From: Phoronis australis
Taxonomy: Eukaryota; Animalia; Phoronida
Reading direction: 5' to 3'
Length of the DNA stretch: 64,000 bases
Assembly: GCA_002633005.1 (NCBI GenBank)
Contig: NMRA01000120.1
Span: forward strand, 1 to 64,000
Shown here: positions 1 to 13,016 of the stretch, piece by piece
How the letters are laid out: each line of letters begins with the position of its first letter
Numbering within the stretch: the first letter of the stretch is position 1
Notes under the pieces: model-generated
Seen by the model: only the letters and a program-made list of their open reading frames with translations
Databases searched by the model: none
Told to the model about the DNA's origin: nothing
Position numbers and translations under genes: made by a program

Positions 1-1562
1 AACTTTATTTATCTGCCCATCATACATACCTTTATGTGTTCATATCAAGACAACTTTGCAAATAAATATTGCAGTTATCGTTTGCATAGCATGAACTTTC
101 CTGCATGGCTCACGACAAGGTCTACATTTTGTTACATTGTTGTGGAAAGAATGTTTAATTTCTATTTACTGTATGAAGCTTGTATTAAAATTTTTGTTTA
201 TCACACTTTTCATCAATAAATATTTGAAATGATGTTGTTTATCTTTAATTTTTTAAAGTAATGCATTTTGACAAAGTCGCAAACTGCATGTCAACAAAAA
301 GGTCACAAAATAATATCAATAATTTGCCCAAACCAATTATTAGATTTCAACTTCCTTGATGAAAAATCTTGAAATACTAGCTTATTTTTTTTCTTGAGTA
401 ATTGTTATTTTATGCCAATTTGAAACGACAAAATTGTACGTACTGACTTTTCTTCGTCGACTTTGTTGACTTTAAACAGTACACACCATGGATTTTTGCA
501 CATTTTGAATTACCGGTGGCCACAGACTAAATGTATGACGTAAAATTTAGCTAAACCCATGTTTATTTTGTGTAATTAGCTCAAAATTTTGATTTTTCTT
601 TCAATTTTGCCAATTTTCACATTTCCCGTCATGTGACGTCATGGGTTGAACACAAGAGATCAGTGACTAGCATTGAACAATGGCGGAGACCAGGGAATTT
701 GAAAGTGACGACGATNGTCTCGTAGAGAGCTTTCTCGTGATGTATATTACATGCACATTTTCAAAAATTTTTGAAAAATGCTGTCCTCGCTACTTAGGGA
801 GAGAGTAGGTTATTATTTGCTTTCTGTTGTATACAATATACTTCATATAACATTGAAATACTTTTTAGCAAACAGTTTGTTTTTTAAACTGCGTTTCTGA
901 TGAAATTACAGTTTTGTCGGTTCCATGCAACCTTTACAAAAAAGATTAAGTCTGCCATTCATTGATGAGCAGATGAGACGATTACGCTCTACCAGGAATG
1001 CCATTTGTAATGTTGGTAGGTCTTTGATTTGATTTGGTCGCGTTTTATTCGGGTTTTTTGGCTTTCAAATATGCTGAATAGACTCTCTTAATTGCAAAAA
1101 ACACGGAAAAGCCAGCGGAGCTCAGGGCCCAACTCATCCATCTATGTTCAGATCGAGGGGGTTTTGGGTCATGGGTGGGGGTTGTGGGGGTCGAAGGGGT
1201 TTAAGAACTATCTCTTTTGAATTCTAATTTTGCATGCTCAGGAAATCTGAAGAACAGACACGAAGTGTATTAGTTCCTGGCAGGCGGTTGTTTTCGGTAG
1301 GTAGGCATGTACCACTGTGATTAACAACCTGTGCTGTATGTCTATTCTGTATATCCTAGTTTAGTGTAGATGGTGCTGTATGTCCAGTGTTGTAACAGAC
1401 TTTCACAACTGCTCTATTAGTTCGTTATTAAGAATACTCGTTTCCTGCCATGAGACCTCTTTGCCGCCTCTCTAATTAAACCTCACATACATATTACAAC
1501 GGAAGTACATGTAGAAAAAATTTGAAAAATATACCCAAGTCCAAAACCTTACATATTTTCAA

Positions 1563-1627
1563 ACTAGTGCATCTTCGGACTAGTGCGCTTTCGGACTAGT
1601 GCGCTTTCGGACTAGTGCCATGTAACC
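1563..1627. repeat. Three 17-bp tandem units ending in catgtaacc, probably a solo transposon end
   Basis: actagtgcgctttcgg repeats. Confidence 0.6.
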
Positions 1628-2164
1628 ATGTGCGTGAAGCTGCAGTCGGTGTGCCACTTCCAGATCACTAATCAAAGCTATAGCGCTAGTGAGCGACTAC
1701 TAGTATTTGACAAGTCCAAAGTACATGCTCTCCCGGTACAAAACTGCTTCATCTTTCTGATAATTTTCATGTTTGGTAAAATTTATTGAAAATTATATAA
1801 TTTACGCATTTTTGCATTTTTTCGACTCACCTATGTAGTGAAAAATCACCTATCCCAAGTTTCAAACCAGGTTACCCTAGCTTTAATTCCAGGCGTCCTA
1901 ACCAGTCGACCAAAGAGCAATTGCCCATAGGCGAGTGATTAAGAGAGGCCTTTATATTACTACACTCTGCAGATTCACCCAACTTACAATGTCAGCTCCA
2001 ACGCATAGAAGTCATTTCCGTATCTTGTGCATTAAAAATAGCTGAAGAAGCTTCTATATTAAGAGTTCAACTCATCAAATATCAACCAGACACTAAATTC
2101 AAACACCTTTTGAAAGTTTTATTTTTGGATTTGAAGCTCTAACAGTGGGAAGTAAAGTCTCACT

Positions 2165-2666
2165 CAGGCCTTCATGCAGCGTACGTCCTGGGCGTCCATT
2201 TGGACGCCCTAGCACTAATGTAGACGCCCTGGCAAGGACGCCCAATGTATCATTTGGACGCCCTGTCAATCAGAATTTCTCCAGTTTGGACACCCACATT
2301 GAAAGTTTATTAAGACTCCCAGTTAATCAAAGCAGGAAGTCGGCCCTTTCAACTGGGAAAGAAATATACAAAGTATTTAAAATGTTGCAATATTCAAACT
2401 ATCTTCACACTATTTGGTAGACCTGTCAATCATTAGCATGTGGATGGTTGCCAGAGTGTCTGCTTTCAGTAGACTCGCATGCCACTCCCATTCTGTACTT
2501 TATATAGGGACATGGACCTTGCTTAACTCCAAACTGGTGTTTCAGAGCTGTAATTTCATGTACTTCATCTTTTTTTAAAAATACCAAAAGCAAAATAAAT
2601 GTCATTATTTTAATAATATGATGTGCCGCAAGAATATCCCCATTTAAAATGTTTGAGTTTTCGCCT
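2165..2666. mobile_element. Left end of a hAT-like DNA element, cut by contig junction
   Basis: Starts caggcc; repeated GGACGCCC/GGCGTCC subterminal motifs; absent from the duplicate copy at 2870. Confidence 0.6.
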
Positions 2667-5600
2667 NACACTCTGCAGATTCACCCAACTTACAATGTCA
2701 GCTCCAACGCATAGAAGTCATTTCCGTATCTTGTGCATTAAAAATAGCTGAAGAAGCTTCTATATTAAGAGTTCAACTCATCAAATATCAACCAGACACT
2801 AAATTCAAACACCTTTTGGAAGTTTTATTTTTGGATTTGAAGCTCTAACAGTGGGAAGTAAAGTCTCACTTGTGGCCGTCTTGTTGTGACCGGCTTGCTA
2901 GCTTGAACTTTGTGTGAACAATTATCTTTCTAGGTAGTTATTTATTTAATTATGGCCATCAGACTGTCATAACATACTTTTATCCCATATGCGTTAAATC
3001 AGTTGAGTGCAATACGGCCATGTAGTATTGTTTTCCGTATTCACCTCCCGCACTATTTCAAAAGTGACCTCTGACACAGAAAGTTCAAAAGGTAGGTCAA
3101 TGTTGACTTGACGTCGTTAGCCGGTTCGATCATCAAACTTAGTTAACTCAAAATAGTTTAAAATAATACAATTGCAGCAGTGTAATTAACACTCAACATG
3201 CAATCAGGTCCCAACTGTAACATCTGGAACAAGACTGTTAATTATATGACAGTTCTGTCTCAGTTTTCAATTGCTAAACATTATTTCGTCTGCAACTCCA
3301 TTCCTTGGTAACTACAATATATATACTACTATATATTGTTGTAATGTAACTATTTTCAGGAGATGTTACAAGTTCAATGCACAGTTACCATTGTTTTCAT
3401 CTTTGTTATCTCTTTTCAAGTAATAAATTGTTACATTTTAAACTGTTTCTTTTACTAGAGAAAACTAATGCGCAAGTACATAGTCATATAGGATGTGATC
3501 CACCACCTGAACAGTCTGAGTGAAGTATTTAAAAAATCTGCTGAAAAAATAAAAGAAACTTAGGAATTCGAAGCGTATCGTATGAATACAAAACATACCT
3601 CGACTGGGGTAGATGAAGTAGTATCCCATGAGACATTATTCCGCGTATTGACCAATACGTTTTGTGTACATATTGTTTTTGGTCTGAATTGTTTTTTTGT
3701 GGAATTATTTCTGCTGTGTTGATATTAAAATATTTTGTGTTTGCCTTATGGCACACTATAGTTGTAGTGATCCTACTAACACCAGCTGTTAAACCTTGGT
3801 TTGCGTTTATATCAAAATTCTTGATGTTCCCTCTCAAATTGTTTTATAATCAAAAAGCACAAAATGCTGTCGATCACTTATAAATTCACCACAAAGTTTT
3901 TATTTTGATTAAAAATTTATATATTAAACTTCACGGTTTATCTAGATCACATATCTAGGTCATGCAGAAACTCAGAAACAAAGTTCATTTGGCAATTCAG
4001 ATATCAACTAGCTGCTCTAAAATTTTCAAAATTACTGTAAAGGTAAACCAAGAACAACACTTGATCGTGTGAGATAAGTTTAATTATTTTCGTGACCATT
4101 AAAGTTTTAATGTTTTGTAAATATATACGAAGTGACTCGGAATTAAAACTCCAAAAATGGCTTGGAAGTGGGACACTAACTGTAATGATCATAACTTCTA
4201 TTTTGTCATTGAAATTTTGCATGAAAAAAATGAAACAATGTTATTATTTTCACTGAAAAGTTATTGCCAACTCCTGGTGATATAACTGTCGTTTGGCAAA
4301 ATACACAAGAGGGTCACCAACTCTAGCCAATGTGGACAAACTACACAAAAAGTCTATCAATCACTGAGAGCTTGGTAAAAGTTTTTTAAGTGAAAATAAC
4401 TGAAAGCCAGAAAACCTAACAAATTCGTACTGACCTATCAGTAAACTTTGATATTCTGTAATCCTTCAAATCCAATTGTATTACCAGTAAAATTTATCTG
4501 GCCACATTTTAGAGAAGTCCACTGACTGTCATGTTTTCTTGTCACCAATGTCACAACTTAAATTTTACTTAACTTACATTTTTCTTGGCTGACCTAAATA
4601 ATTTCCTTACACTTTCCTAAGATTTGTGTGTGGAAAGGGCAAAAACCTGCTACTTAATGTTAAGGATATCTCAAACTTTGTTCACAAAAATTGGGTTGTT
4701 TTTACAATATTTCACGTATATCTAGCAAAATACCTTACCTTCATTCTCAGGAAACTTCAAATACGAAATATAGACCTTGTGGCAACAAAAAAAACAGCGG
4801 AACCACCTTCAACAGCGTGGATATTTCTTTACTGCTTATCCAAGGTGAAAGGTTACAGAGTTGTCACTCAAATTGAAGCTCCCACTTGGTATATGCACTT
4901 CCCACTATTCATAGTCCTTTCACTTACCATGTCGCCGTAATATTGAGTTAATGAGGCATACATAGCATGTAAAGATGCCTGGGAAAACGAAGACAGAACG
5001 CTTTTTTGATCCTGAGTGATTTGCATGTCTGCCTACATACGATATGATGAATCCACCGAGTCACTGCACGGCATTTGGCATAACGAACACAACAAATTAT
5101 GAAAAGATATTAACTTCGGAACACGGGTTCTCGGTGAATTTCACTGAAACTTTCCAGTTTTAATATTTGTTCATCAATTTCAAAAACGCTGTTCCGATTT
5201 TTTTTAAACGCCTAGTTTTTAAATTGTGAAGTTTTCATTAAAAAGAGTTACATTATATGACATACCCTGTTTTTTGACATATTATGAGTTAGAGTGGAGG
5301 CCACTAATTAAAATAAGGTTACAAGGTAACCTTAAACAGTGTTTTGCTTTTTAGTTTCTTCAGAGTGGACTCTGTTTTGCTATTTTATATCTAACTTATA
5401 ATTACATGCAGCCAGTTAGAAGACTTAAGTTTGCAAAAAAAAATGTTTTCAACACGTGGTAGCACTCGTTGACCAGTCTGTCAACCATTAGATTTTAGTT
5501 AATTGCTCCTGTTGATGGGAGCCAGTCTTCATTGAATCATATAATAACCTGATGATGGTATTGGCTGCTATTCAATGAAAACTGAGGTGTGGTCTCAAGA

Positions 5601-5779
5601 CAGTCACACGATTAGAGCTAGAGTGAGCAGTTGTCTCTCTTGTAATAGGGATATCCCGCCAAGATTTGCTCCCTCTTTTTTTCTTGCTCTATATGTATCG
5701 TGCAATAGCAATGAAAATTCTTCACTTATGGAATAGAAACACTGGATTCGATCCCACAGTGCAACACTCCAACCTTGCC

Positions 5780-5810
5780 GACCAATCACATCAGTGGCCG
5801 TCATTTTGTT
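5780..5810 (+). promoter_or_regulatory. Possible DCAKD proximal promoter motifs
   Basis: gaCCAATcac plus YY1-like gccgtcattttg about 270 nt before the first coding exon. Confidence 0.25.
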
Positions 5811-6081
5811 AGGATAGGCTATAGTAATGCTCTCCTGTGCCCAGCAGCCATTTTGGGTTTTGGAGTCCTATTTTGAAAAATAACCAAATTTCACAATGTT
5901 ATACATTTACTGTTCACGTATCTTACAATACAAAACTTTTAAAGATTAAAGGATTTTTCCTTCAGTTGAAATTGTTACATCACTGTAATCTTCAACTACA
6001 CTTTTCATTTGCAGAGTCTCCAAAACAACTTGTTGACCTGAATTTATATATTTCAGGTTGTTCACAGTCACAGCCAGCGCA

Positions 6082-6193
6082 ATGTTCCTTGTTGCACTAA
6101 CTGGAGGCATTGCCTCGGGCAAAAGCACAGTGTCAAGTCAACTGGCTGCACTAGGGTGCGCTGTAGTCGATGCAGACTTGGCAGCCAGGCAGG
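6082..6193 (+). CDS. DCAKD: DCAKD coding exon 1 (acceptor before 6057, so a 5' UTR exon probably lies upstream)
   Basis: tttcag|GTTG...ATG; [37 protein letters not shown]; G|gtatgt. Confidence 0.95.
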
Positions 6194-9100
6194 GTATGTG
6201 TTTATTGAATACTTGGCCCCACATGTGGCTAGTTACATGAAATTCATGGTCTTTGTTTAAAAACTTGTTTTCCTTGTTTGTGTTATTTCGCCATCATTAC
6301 AATGTCAGTTTTTAACTTGACACATTCTGAGAGTAAACTACAAGATTATTGAAAATAAATACTAGGTACCTTTTCATACAGCATCCCTAAATTAGGGACT
6401 TTGGCTCTAATTATTTCTGAGGAAATAAGGGCCTAGTTTTCTGGTATATAAATTATTTAAAAATGACATTATTAAAAGAGCTCACAATAAACATAAAGTG
6501 GTAGAATAATATAAGATTAAATGAGTTAACAGTCAACAAATGTGCTGGTGGGGTGTTTTATGCACCCAACCACAGAATTATTTTCAACTTTTTTTTGGAA
6601 CAGCATGCACTGAAGGGACAAATTCGTATCTCAATTGACATTTTTGCCCAAAATCAATAGCAGTGATTTGCTTATACAGTTTATAATATTTGACTATAAT
6701 AAAGTCTCACCAATTTTGGACTAAAATAATTGCGAAAATTGGTCTTTTTTACGTTTTTCAAAGGCTTTTACCATTGTTATGAATGGCCACTGGATAAATT
6801 ATGTTGTTTCATGACTTCGAAACATTGTTCAACAGTACCAACGCAACGCATGATAATGCAACCGGGCCTCGGTGCTATCTTATAGTCTAAAGCTAAATGA
6901 TGTGTTATTTTAATGTGACCTTTATACCAAGCACATTTTGAAGCTAGGTCTCGTTCATGAATTCAAATCCTTGCTTTTTGTTCAGTTGTAGAGCCGGGGT
7001 CAAAGGCTTTGAGGGAGATCTGCCGTGTGTTCGGTTCTGACATTCTACTGGATGATGGACACCTGGATCGAGAGAAGCTCGGAAAAATCATATTTCACGA
7101 CGTCTCCATGAGGCGCAAATTAAACTCGATAACACATCCTGAAATATACAAGATCATCGCATGGCAGGTGTTGACTTACTTCATAAAAGGTTTGTTTAAG
7201 GTTTTCTGGAACCTTGTTTAAAAGTTTTCAACTCGTACATCAAAAAATCAGGTCTTGCCAACTTGAAGCTTTATGTAGCCTATTCACAGGATTGAGTTTT
7301 GGATGTTTTCTATTTTCTCATTTTTCCTCACTGAATCAATGGTTATGGTGTGCAGTGGTATTTTGGAAGGTTTTAGATGTCTACAGCGAAGTTACTTGTC
7401 AAAACGTGGTGCAGTGTAACGCGCATAAGTCGGACATATGTAGGTCAAATTTTTGCCTATTTTGTACAAAGTTCTACAGTAATGTATTGTTGTTCTCATT
7501 GTTGGATTTCGCCCTCCTTAGATGAAGTCTCGCTGTCAGGTTGGATCAGACTGATGCTAGTTTTACTCTTAGACTAAATGTACCTGGGATTGCTGGTCCA
7601 TCACCAGTTCATCTCGCATGCTCTTAATAAAAAGTGCAAGTGGTCTTATAATTTATACAAGTTATCTTTTTAACTACCACTTAAGTGTACATTCTCAAAG
7701 GCTTTGCATTTTTGCTCTAGTGAGATTTGCTTACTTTTTTAGAAATACTTTAGTGTGTGGAGCGTAAGACCTAATTTCTGTCTTAAGTCTCGAGTCACTT
7801 TTCATGAAACAGGACCCTGTTTTGTTAAGATTATCAACAAAAATAAACGTTATGGTAAATTCTACGCCATTAGTGACATGAATGTCTTTGACAATATTCA
7901 GTTGTGTGCTATATTATTGAAGAAAGACTGTGTTATAATGTGTTTGTTTATAATAGAGTGTTCTTTATCTTCTAGGATACCGCTATGTTGTGTTGGATCT
8001 TCCCCTTTTGTTTGAGAGTGGCACCATGGTGCCTTATATGACAGAAATTGTCGTTGTCTCCTGGTAAATCAATTCTTAATCAATTTGTGATGTTTTTTTT
8101 TAAAGTTGTTGCTGCTTGTAATGGGATTGAAAGTATTAGAAGTAATAAAGCAGTTGAGTTGGATATCAACCTATCAAAGTAGCTACTGTAAAGCTCCCAA
8201 TACATTCCAAGACATTTATTGATTTCAGATGGGCTTCAGACCAGGGGCCCATTTCATCAAGAAACTGACTTAAGTTCATTTTTGCTTAAGTCTAAGATTT
8301 GTCTCAACTTTCCAACATTGAAACTTTCACATCCGATAAGTTGTCAAACTTAAGATAAAACGTAAGTCAAAAACTTAAGTCAAAGTGAAAATCATTTTGA
8401 ATTCTTGGAACAGACTTCAGCCAAATTGAAGGTTTATCTTAAAGTTGGCTTGAATTTAAAATTTGTTTTAACAAAGTCAGTTTTCTTGGAATGCTCCCCC
8501 CCCCCCTTTCCCTGGTCTCTATCAGATGGAGGTGTCTAAGAGACATCCATTTATTAAAGGTTAATGCAACTGTTTTTTGTTGTTCCGTTCTGTAAAAGTG
8601 TAGGTCCCAGGTTCTCTTGAAGATACATTTTTCCATGTTAAAGGCGTGCACCATGGTTCTATCTTCATTGGAAAAGCACAATGTCCTGCTGGCTAGGGAT
8701 ATAGTTTATGCCGATCATTCATGTTTGTTGAATGGAAGTGAATACAGAACCAAGATGGTGGCCTTTTCCCGGGCCGTTAAAGCCACTTTCTGTTGTTGCG
8801 TGGACAGTACATACACCCAACTGTGATGAACGTGGAAAAATGTCTCTCCAAGATCACCAAGGGTCTGTATTTTTTGCTCAGGATAACATCAGAGATGGCC
8901 CTATTTGAATTCAGTTTTATGACTAAGTGGTCATAACGAACTGAATTTTTTTGATGGAATGGAGGTTTATAGCTTCTTTGATTGCTCATTAAATGGTTGT
9001 TGTATTAAAGTTGTCTTGAGCACTTCTTTCACAGTTGAGCCCATTTACTGTCATACGGTGTAATAGAATACCGTGATTAATATCATAAAATGCCAAAAAA

Positions 9101-10390
9101 CAAATTATTTCCCATAAAGCCTTAGTTAAATAACTCGAATAATTTCATGATTCAATGTCACATTCCTGCATGTTGTCATTAAAAAATCAGCAAAATTGAT
9201 TATCACTTGCTCATCAGCATGTGTGCCTACCATGGGCGGCTTACATCATAGGGGGCTGGGGGCTATAGCCCTTACTTAGTTCAGTGTTGCGCCGCCCATG
9301 CCTACGTATTTCTATATAAAAGCCACCATACCGTACTGCACGCCACCCTTAGTTAATAATATTACAAGTGACCTCACTTAACTCCTCACCTTCGTAACTG
9401 CGCGACAACTTGTCTGAGTGACGTCATTTTTATGACTTACGTGGGATACACATGCATTGGCATTTTTAGTGGTGATGGCCTGGCACATTAATTTCCGTAT
9501 CATTGATTTCTGAAGAATGCGTAGTTCAGATGAAGGTTGTTTTGACACTTTTCGATTTATTTTTCAAATCTAAGTCATTGCAAATGGTTTTTATCATGGG
9601 TATCATTAAAGTTTGAATAAAAACCAAGTAACCGCAACACCAATATGTGAAATAATGTATTTTTTCACAAGATTTTCTTACTTAATATATGCCCGGCATA
9701 TAGGAACATGCACCTAAGCTCAACAATTAGGCTGACTGATTGACAGGCTAACAGCTCTTTGCAACATTTCTTTTTACAATGAGCGCTACTTTTCATGAAC
9801 TCAAGCTGTTACTGGAATAAACCAGATGAGCGGTTTGTTGTGAATCTTTCCGTTAAAGCAGTTAATCAGTTCAGTTCAGTCCTTGATTTCATCAGTAGGA
9901 AAGCTCACTCACTGTATTAAAAAACCAAAATGAAGGTTTTTACCCCCAAAAAGATGGTTTTCAAAAATGTTGTCACCTGGGGTTTAAACTGTTCTAACCT
10001 AAGCTATTGTAAAAAGATGAAAGGAATCATTGACACCCTGTGTAAGTTTTAAAAATGCCACAAATTAAGAGCATGTACACAAATTGTCTATGAAATATTT
10101 TTACTTCCAGTCAACGAGAGCAACAGTTAGAACGACTCATGGCCCGGAACAGATTATCTGAAGAAGAGGCCAACCACAGAGTCAACAGCCAGATGGCGTT
10201 GGAAGATAAAATAAGCTGGGCCACAGTGGTGATTGACAACTGCAGAAGCCTGGATAATACCAAGAGTCAGGTGGACAGACTGTATGACAGACTAGAGAGG
10301 TCGCAGGCCTATTGGAAACTCCGACTGTCTTTCCTATGCTGTGGAGCTGTCATTATAGGGGTGTTTTATGCTGTATGGCAGTGCATTTGA
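6082..10390 (+). CDS. DCAKD: Dephospho-CoA kinase domain-containing protein, complete: join(6082..6193,6986..7189,7976..8063,10111..10390), 227 aa
   Basis: [16 protein letters not shown]-loop, [39 protein letters not shown] and a hydrophobic C-tail. All introns GT-AG; 684 nt = 228 codons including stop. Confidence 0.96.
6986..7189 (+). CDS. DCAKD: DCAKD coding exon 2
   Basis: ttcag|; [17 protein letters not shown]...[19 protein letters not shown]; G|gtttgt. Confidence 0.95.
7976..8063 (+). CDS. DCAKD: DCAKD coding exon 3
   Basis: tctag|; [29 protein letters not shown]; TG|gtaaat. Confidence 0.95.
8244..8500. mobile_element. Harbinger-like MITE family copy
   Basis: ggggccc..caagaaaactgactt / aagtcagttttcttggaa ends; body matches 34149-34361 in reverse. 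Confidence 0.55.
9231..9300. mobile_element. 70-bp MITE with 5-bp TSD
   Basis: TIR catgggcggc/gccgcccatg; cctac on both flanks. Confidence 0.7.
10111..10390 (+). CDS. DCAKD: DCAKD last coding exon
   Basis: ttccag|; [21 protein letters not shown]...VFYAVWQCI*. Confidence 0.95.
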
Positions 10391-11948
10391 TCAGGAAAGG
10401 ATGTCTGAATATGGGCAGTGCTATCTTTGCAAACAACAGAAACAAAAATGTCAATCTAGCGTGTGTTGTTTCAGTGGTGTTGATATCAAAACTTAAGATA
10501 AATCCGGTGATAAAAATTCCAATGTGGACAGTGAAAAATAAAGTATTTTGCTCAAGATTTGAGCTTTTACCAAATTTAAAGAAATAAGCCATATTGACCG
10601 TATCAAATTCAAGGAAGACAAATTTTGTATTGGCAGCTATTTTTGATTTTTTTTCTCAGACTTAATTGATACAAAACGCAGCACCCAATATTTGAGAATT
10701 GTGATGCATGCCAAAATTACCCATGTCCCAATGTTCAGAATCAAGAAAATTTAAACTTGGCTCGACTTTCAGTGTCTCAAATTTTAGAGACTGTCTCAAA
10801 CTGGAGAACTTTTATCAGTATTTCATTAGGTCCTCGTTCCCTAATATGCTTCGCTTATAATCAATGGTGCTGTCTTGCAAAGACTTGCGTGATTGCGCGT
10901 TTTCAAGAGTTGGAGTACTTCCTTCATTAATTGATTTCAGGCCTAATGTTGCTGTGTTTACCCTGAAATATGAAAACCTTTGGAGCAGTATGCAGGCTTG
11001 ATGTTTTCTGTTGTTGTTTGCAAGGCAAAGAGGTAATGCAACAGCCATTTCCAATTTAACGGCAACGTAATGCAATATGCCTTGTCACCAGGTGGCGATA
11101 GCGTAGTCAGTGGATAGTGCAATCATCATGCCATCAAAGTGCCACTGTTGTGTGATAGGATATTCAACTGATTCACACCAAGAATGTCTGTCATAGAATG
11201 TTCACAAATGAAAGCAATTTTTATGATCCTGTCAGCAGCATTTGAAGTTGGGTCAAGCAACAGTTGTTGCTTTTGTGCTGTCGCGGCATGTCATATGGTT
11301 GGAATTGTGATCATTGAAATGACTTCCATGCAGACTCTAAGTGTACTTTGCATTTGAGGCAACTCTATACCAACTGTACATCCCATAAGTAATCAGAAAA
11401 TGTGACTCAGATTTTCCAGTCATATTGGGTCTATGCAGGCCGAATTCATCTTCATAGTTTACGTCGGCCCTGACCAGAAATCATGAGTAATTGCCCAGAG
11501 AGTTTACAAGGTGGAAAACTAATGATTTTCGGCATCACTTTTATCTTTATTGTGAGCTCCTCTTTTACTTGTGACACTTTCTGTTAGCATACTTGAAATC
11601 AGGGTACGGGTTTCAATGAAAATAATAAGGACCAAGTCTTTAGATTTGTGATGTTGCTCAAAAATGTCTCTTTTTATTTTCAATAATATTAAGCAATCAA
11701 AGAAGAGTTCGTTTCGCTGTGTATCAAAGCTAACTTGAAGTAGGAATGAAGATAAGGTGGCAGAAAAAAGGATCACTGGTGTCTGCGCTGAAAATTTAGG
11801 GAAAATAGTTGCATCCCTATGGGACTGTCGTGCAACCAAGCACAGATGTAGTTTGTGCAGTGTTTGGCAGTAAAGACAGATGGATGCCTTTGTCAGTGCC
11901 ATTATATGACTATGTTAAATTTGAATCTCAAAAAGCATTTCATGTCAG

Positions 11949-13016
11949 GACAGTCTCGATTATTATTTGTATATATAGTGCATGTAAATTATGTTTTACA
12001 CTTTTGCTAACTGTTATTCAGGTATGTATGTTGGTGGGAGAGACATTGTATGTCATGTACACTGAGGGATGGTTAAATGTAACTTCTGGGTAAGTTTAGT
12101 TATTGCATGACGTCAAGTAAATTTTTTATCAAGATCACCGTGACGTGTGACAATGTGACATTATTGCTGCTCTCCAGTGTATAACTTTTATGTAACCGGG
12201 CTCTGGTATGAAAACATTACGGGTAGACGCTGTCTTTTGTCCATTTCATGTCTGTGTGTGCGATTGCCTTAAGTTGTGAACAAGTCAAATTGATGTGTCA
12301 CATACACACTTAACAGGTGAAGTCTATAAGTTCTCCATTTCATCAAAGGTGCTTCCACAGTCGTTGTCCCCTCCATTTCACTAAAAAATACTGCAGGACT
12401 GATCTCTTTCAGGAGGGGAATTCGTGTTTGAAATAGGTGCGAAAATAAGTATATATATATTTTGCAAATATTTCTAGGNGACAGTCTCGATTATTACATG
12501 TATATATAGTGCATGTAAATTATGTTTTATGCTTTTGCTATTGTTATTCAGGTATGTATGTTGGTGGGAGTGACATTGTTTTGGCGTATGTCGTGTACAC
12601 TGAGGGATGGTTAAATATAACTTCTGGGTAAGTTTAGTTATTGCATGACGTCAAGTAAATTTTTTATCAAGATCACCGTGACGTGTGACAATGTGACATT
12701 ATTGATGCTCTCCAGTGTATAACTTTTATGTAACCGGGCTCTGGTATGAAAACATTACGGGTAGACGCTGTCTTTTGTCCATTTCATGTCTGTGTGTGCG
12801 ATTGCCTTAAGTTGTGAACAAGTCAAATTGATGTGTCACATACACACTTAACAGGTGAAGTCTATAAGTTCTCCATTTCATCAAAGGTGCTTCCACAGTC
12901 GTTGTCCCCTCCATTTCACTAAAAAATACTGCAGGACTGATCTCTTTCAGGAGGGGAATTCGTGTTTGAAATAGGTGCGAAAATAAGTATATATATATTT
13001 TGCAAATATTTCTAGG
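11949..13016. other. Duplication across single N (12479), probable haplotype overlap
   Basis: 11949-12478 matches 12480-13016 with SNPs and a small indel. Confidence 0.85.

Noticed and set aside
5548-5592. CTGATGA...GAAA hammerhead-like spacing
   Set aside because: No convincing stem II, stem III or NUH triplet.
10385-10400. TGA stop of DCAKD as readthrough or selenocysteine
   Set aside because: Protein length already matches the family; no readthrough context or SECIS recognised.
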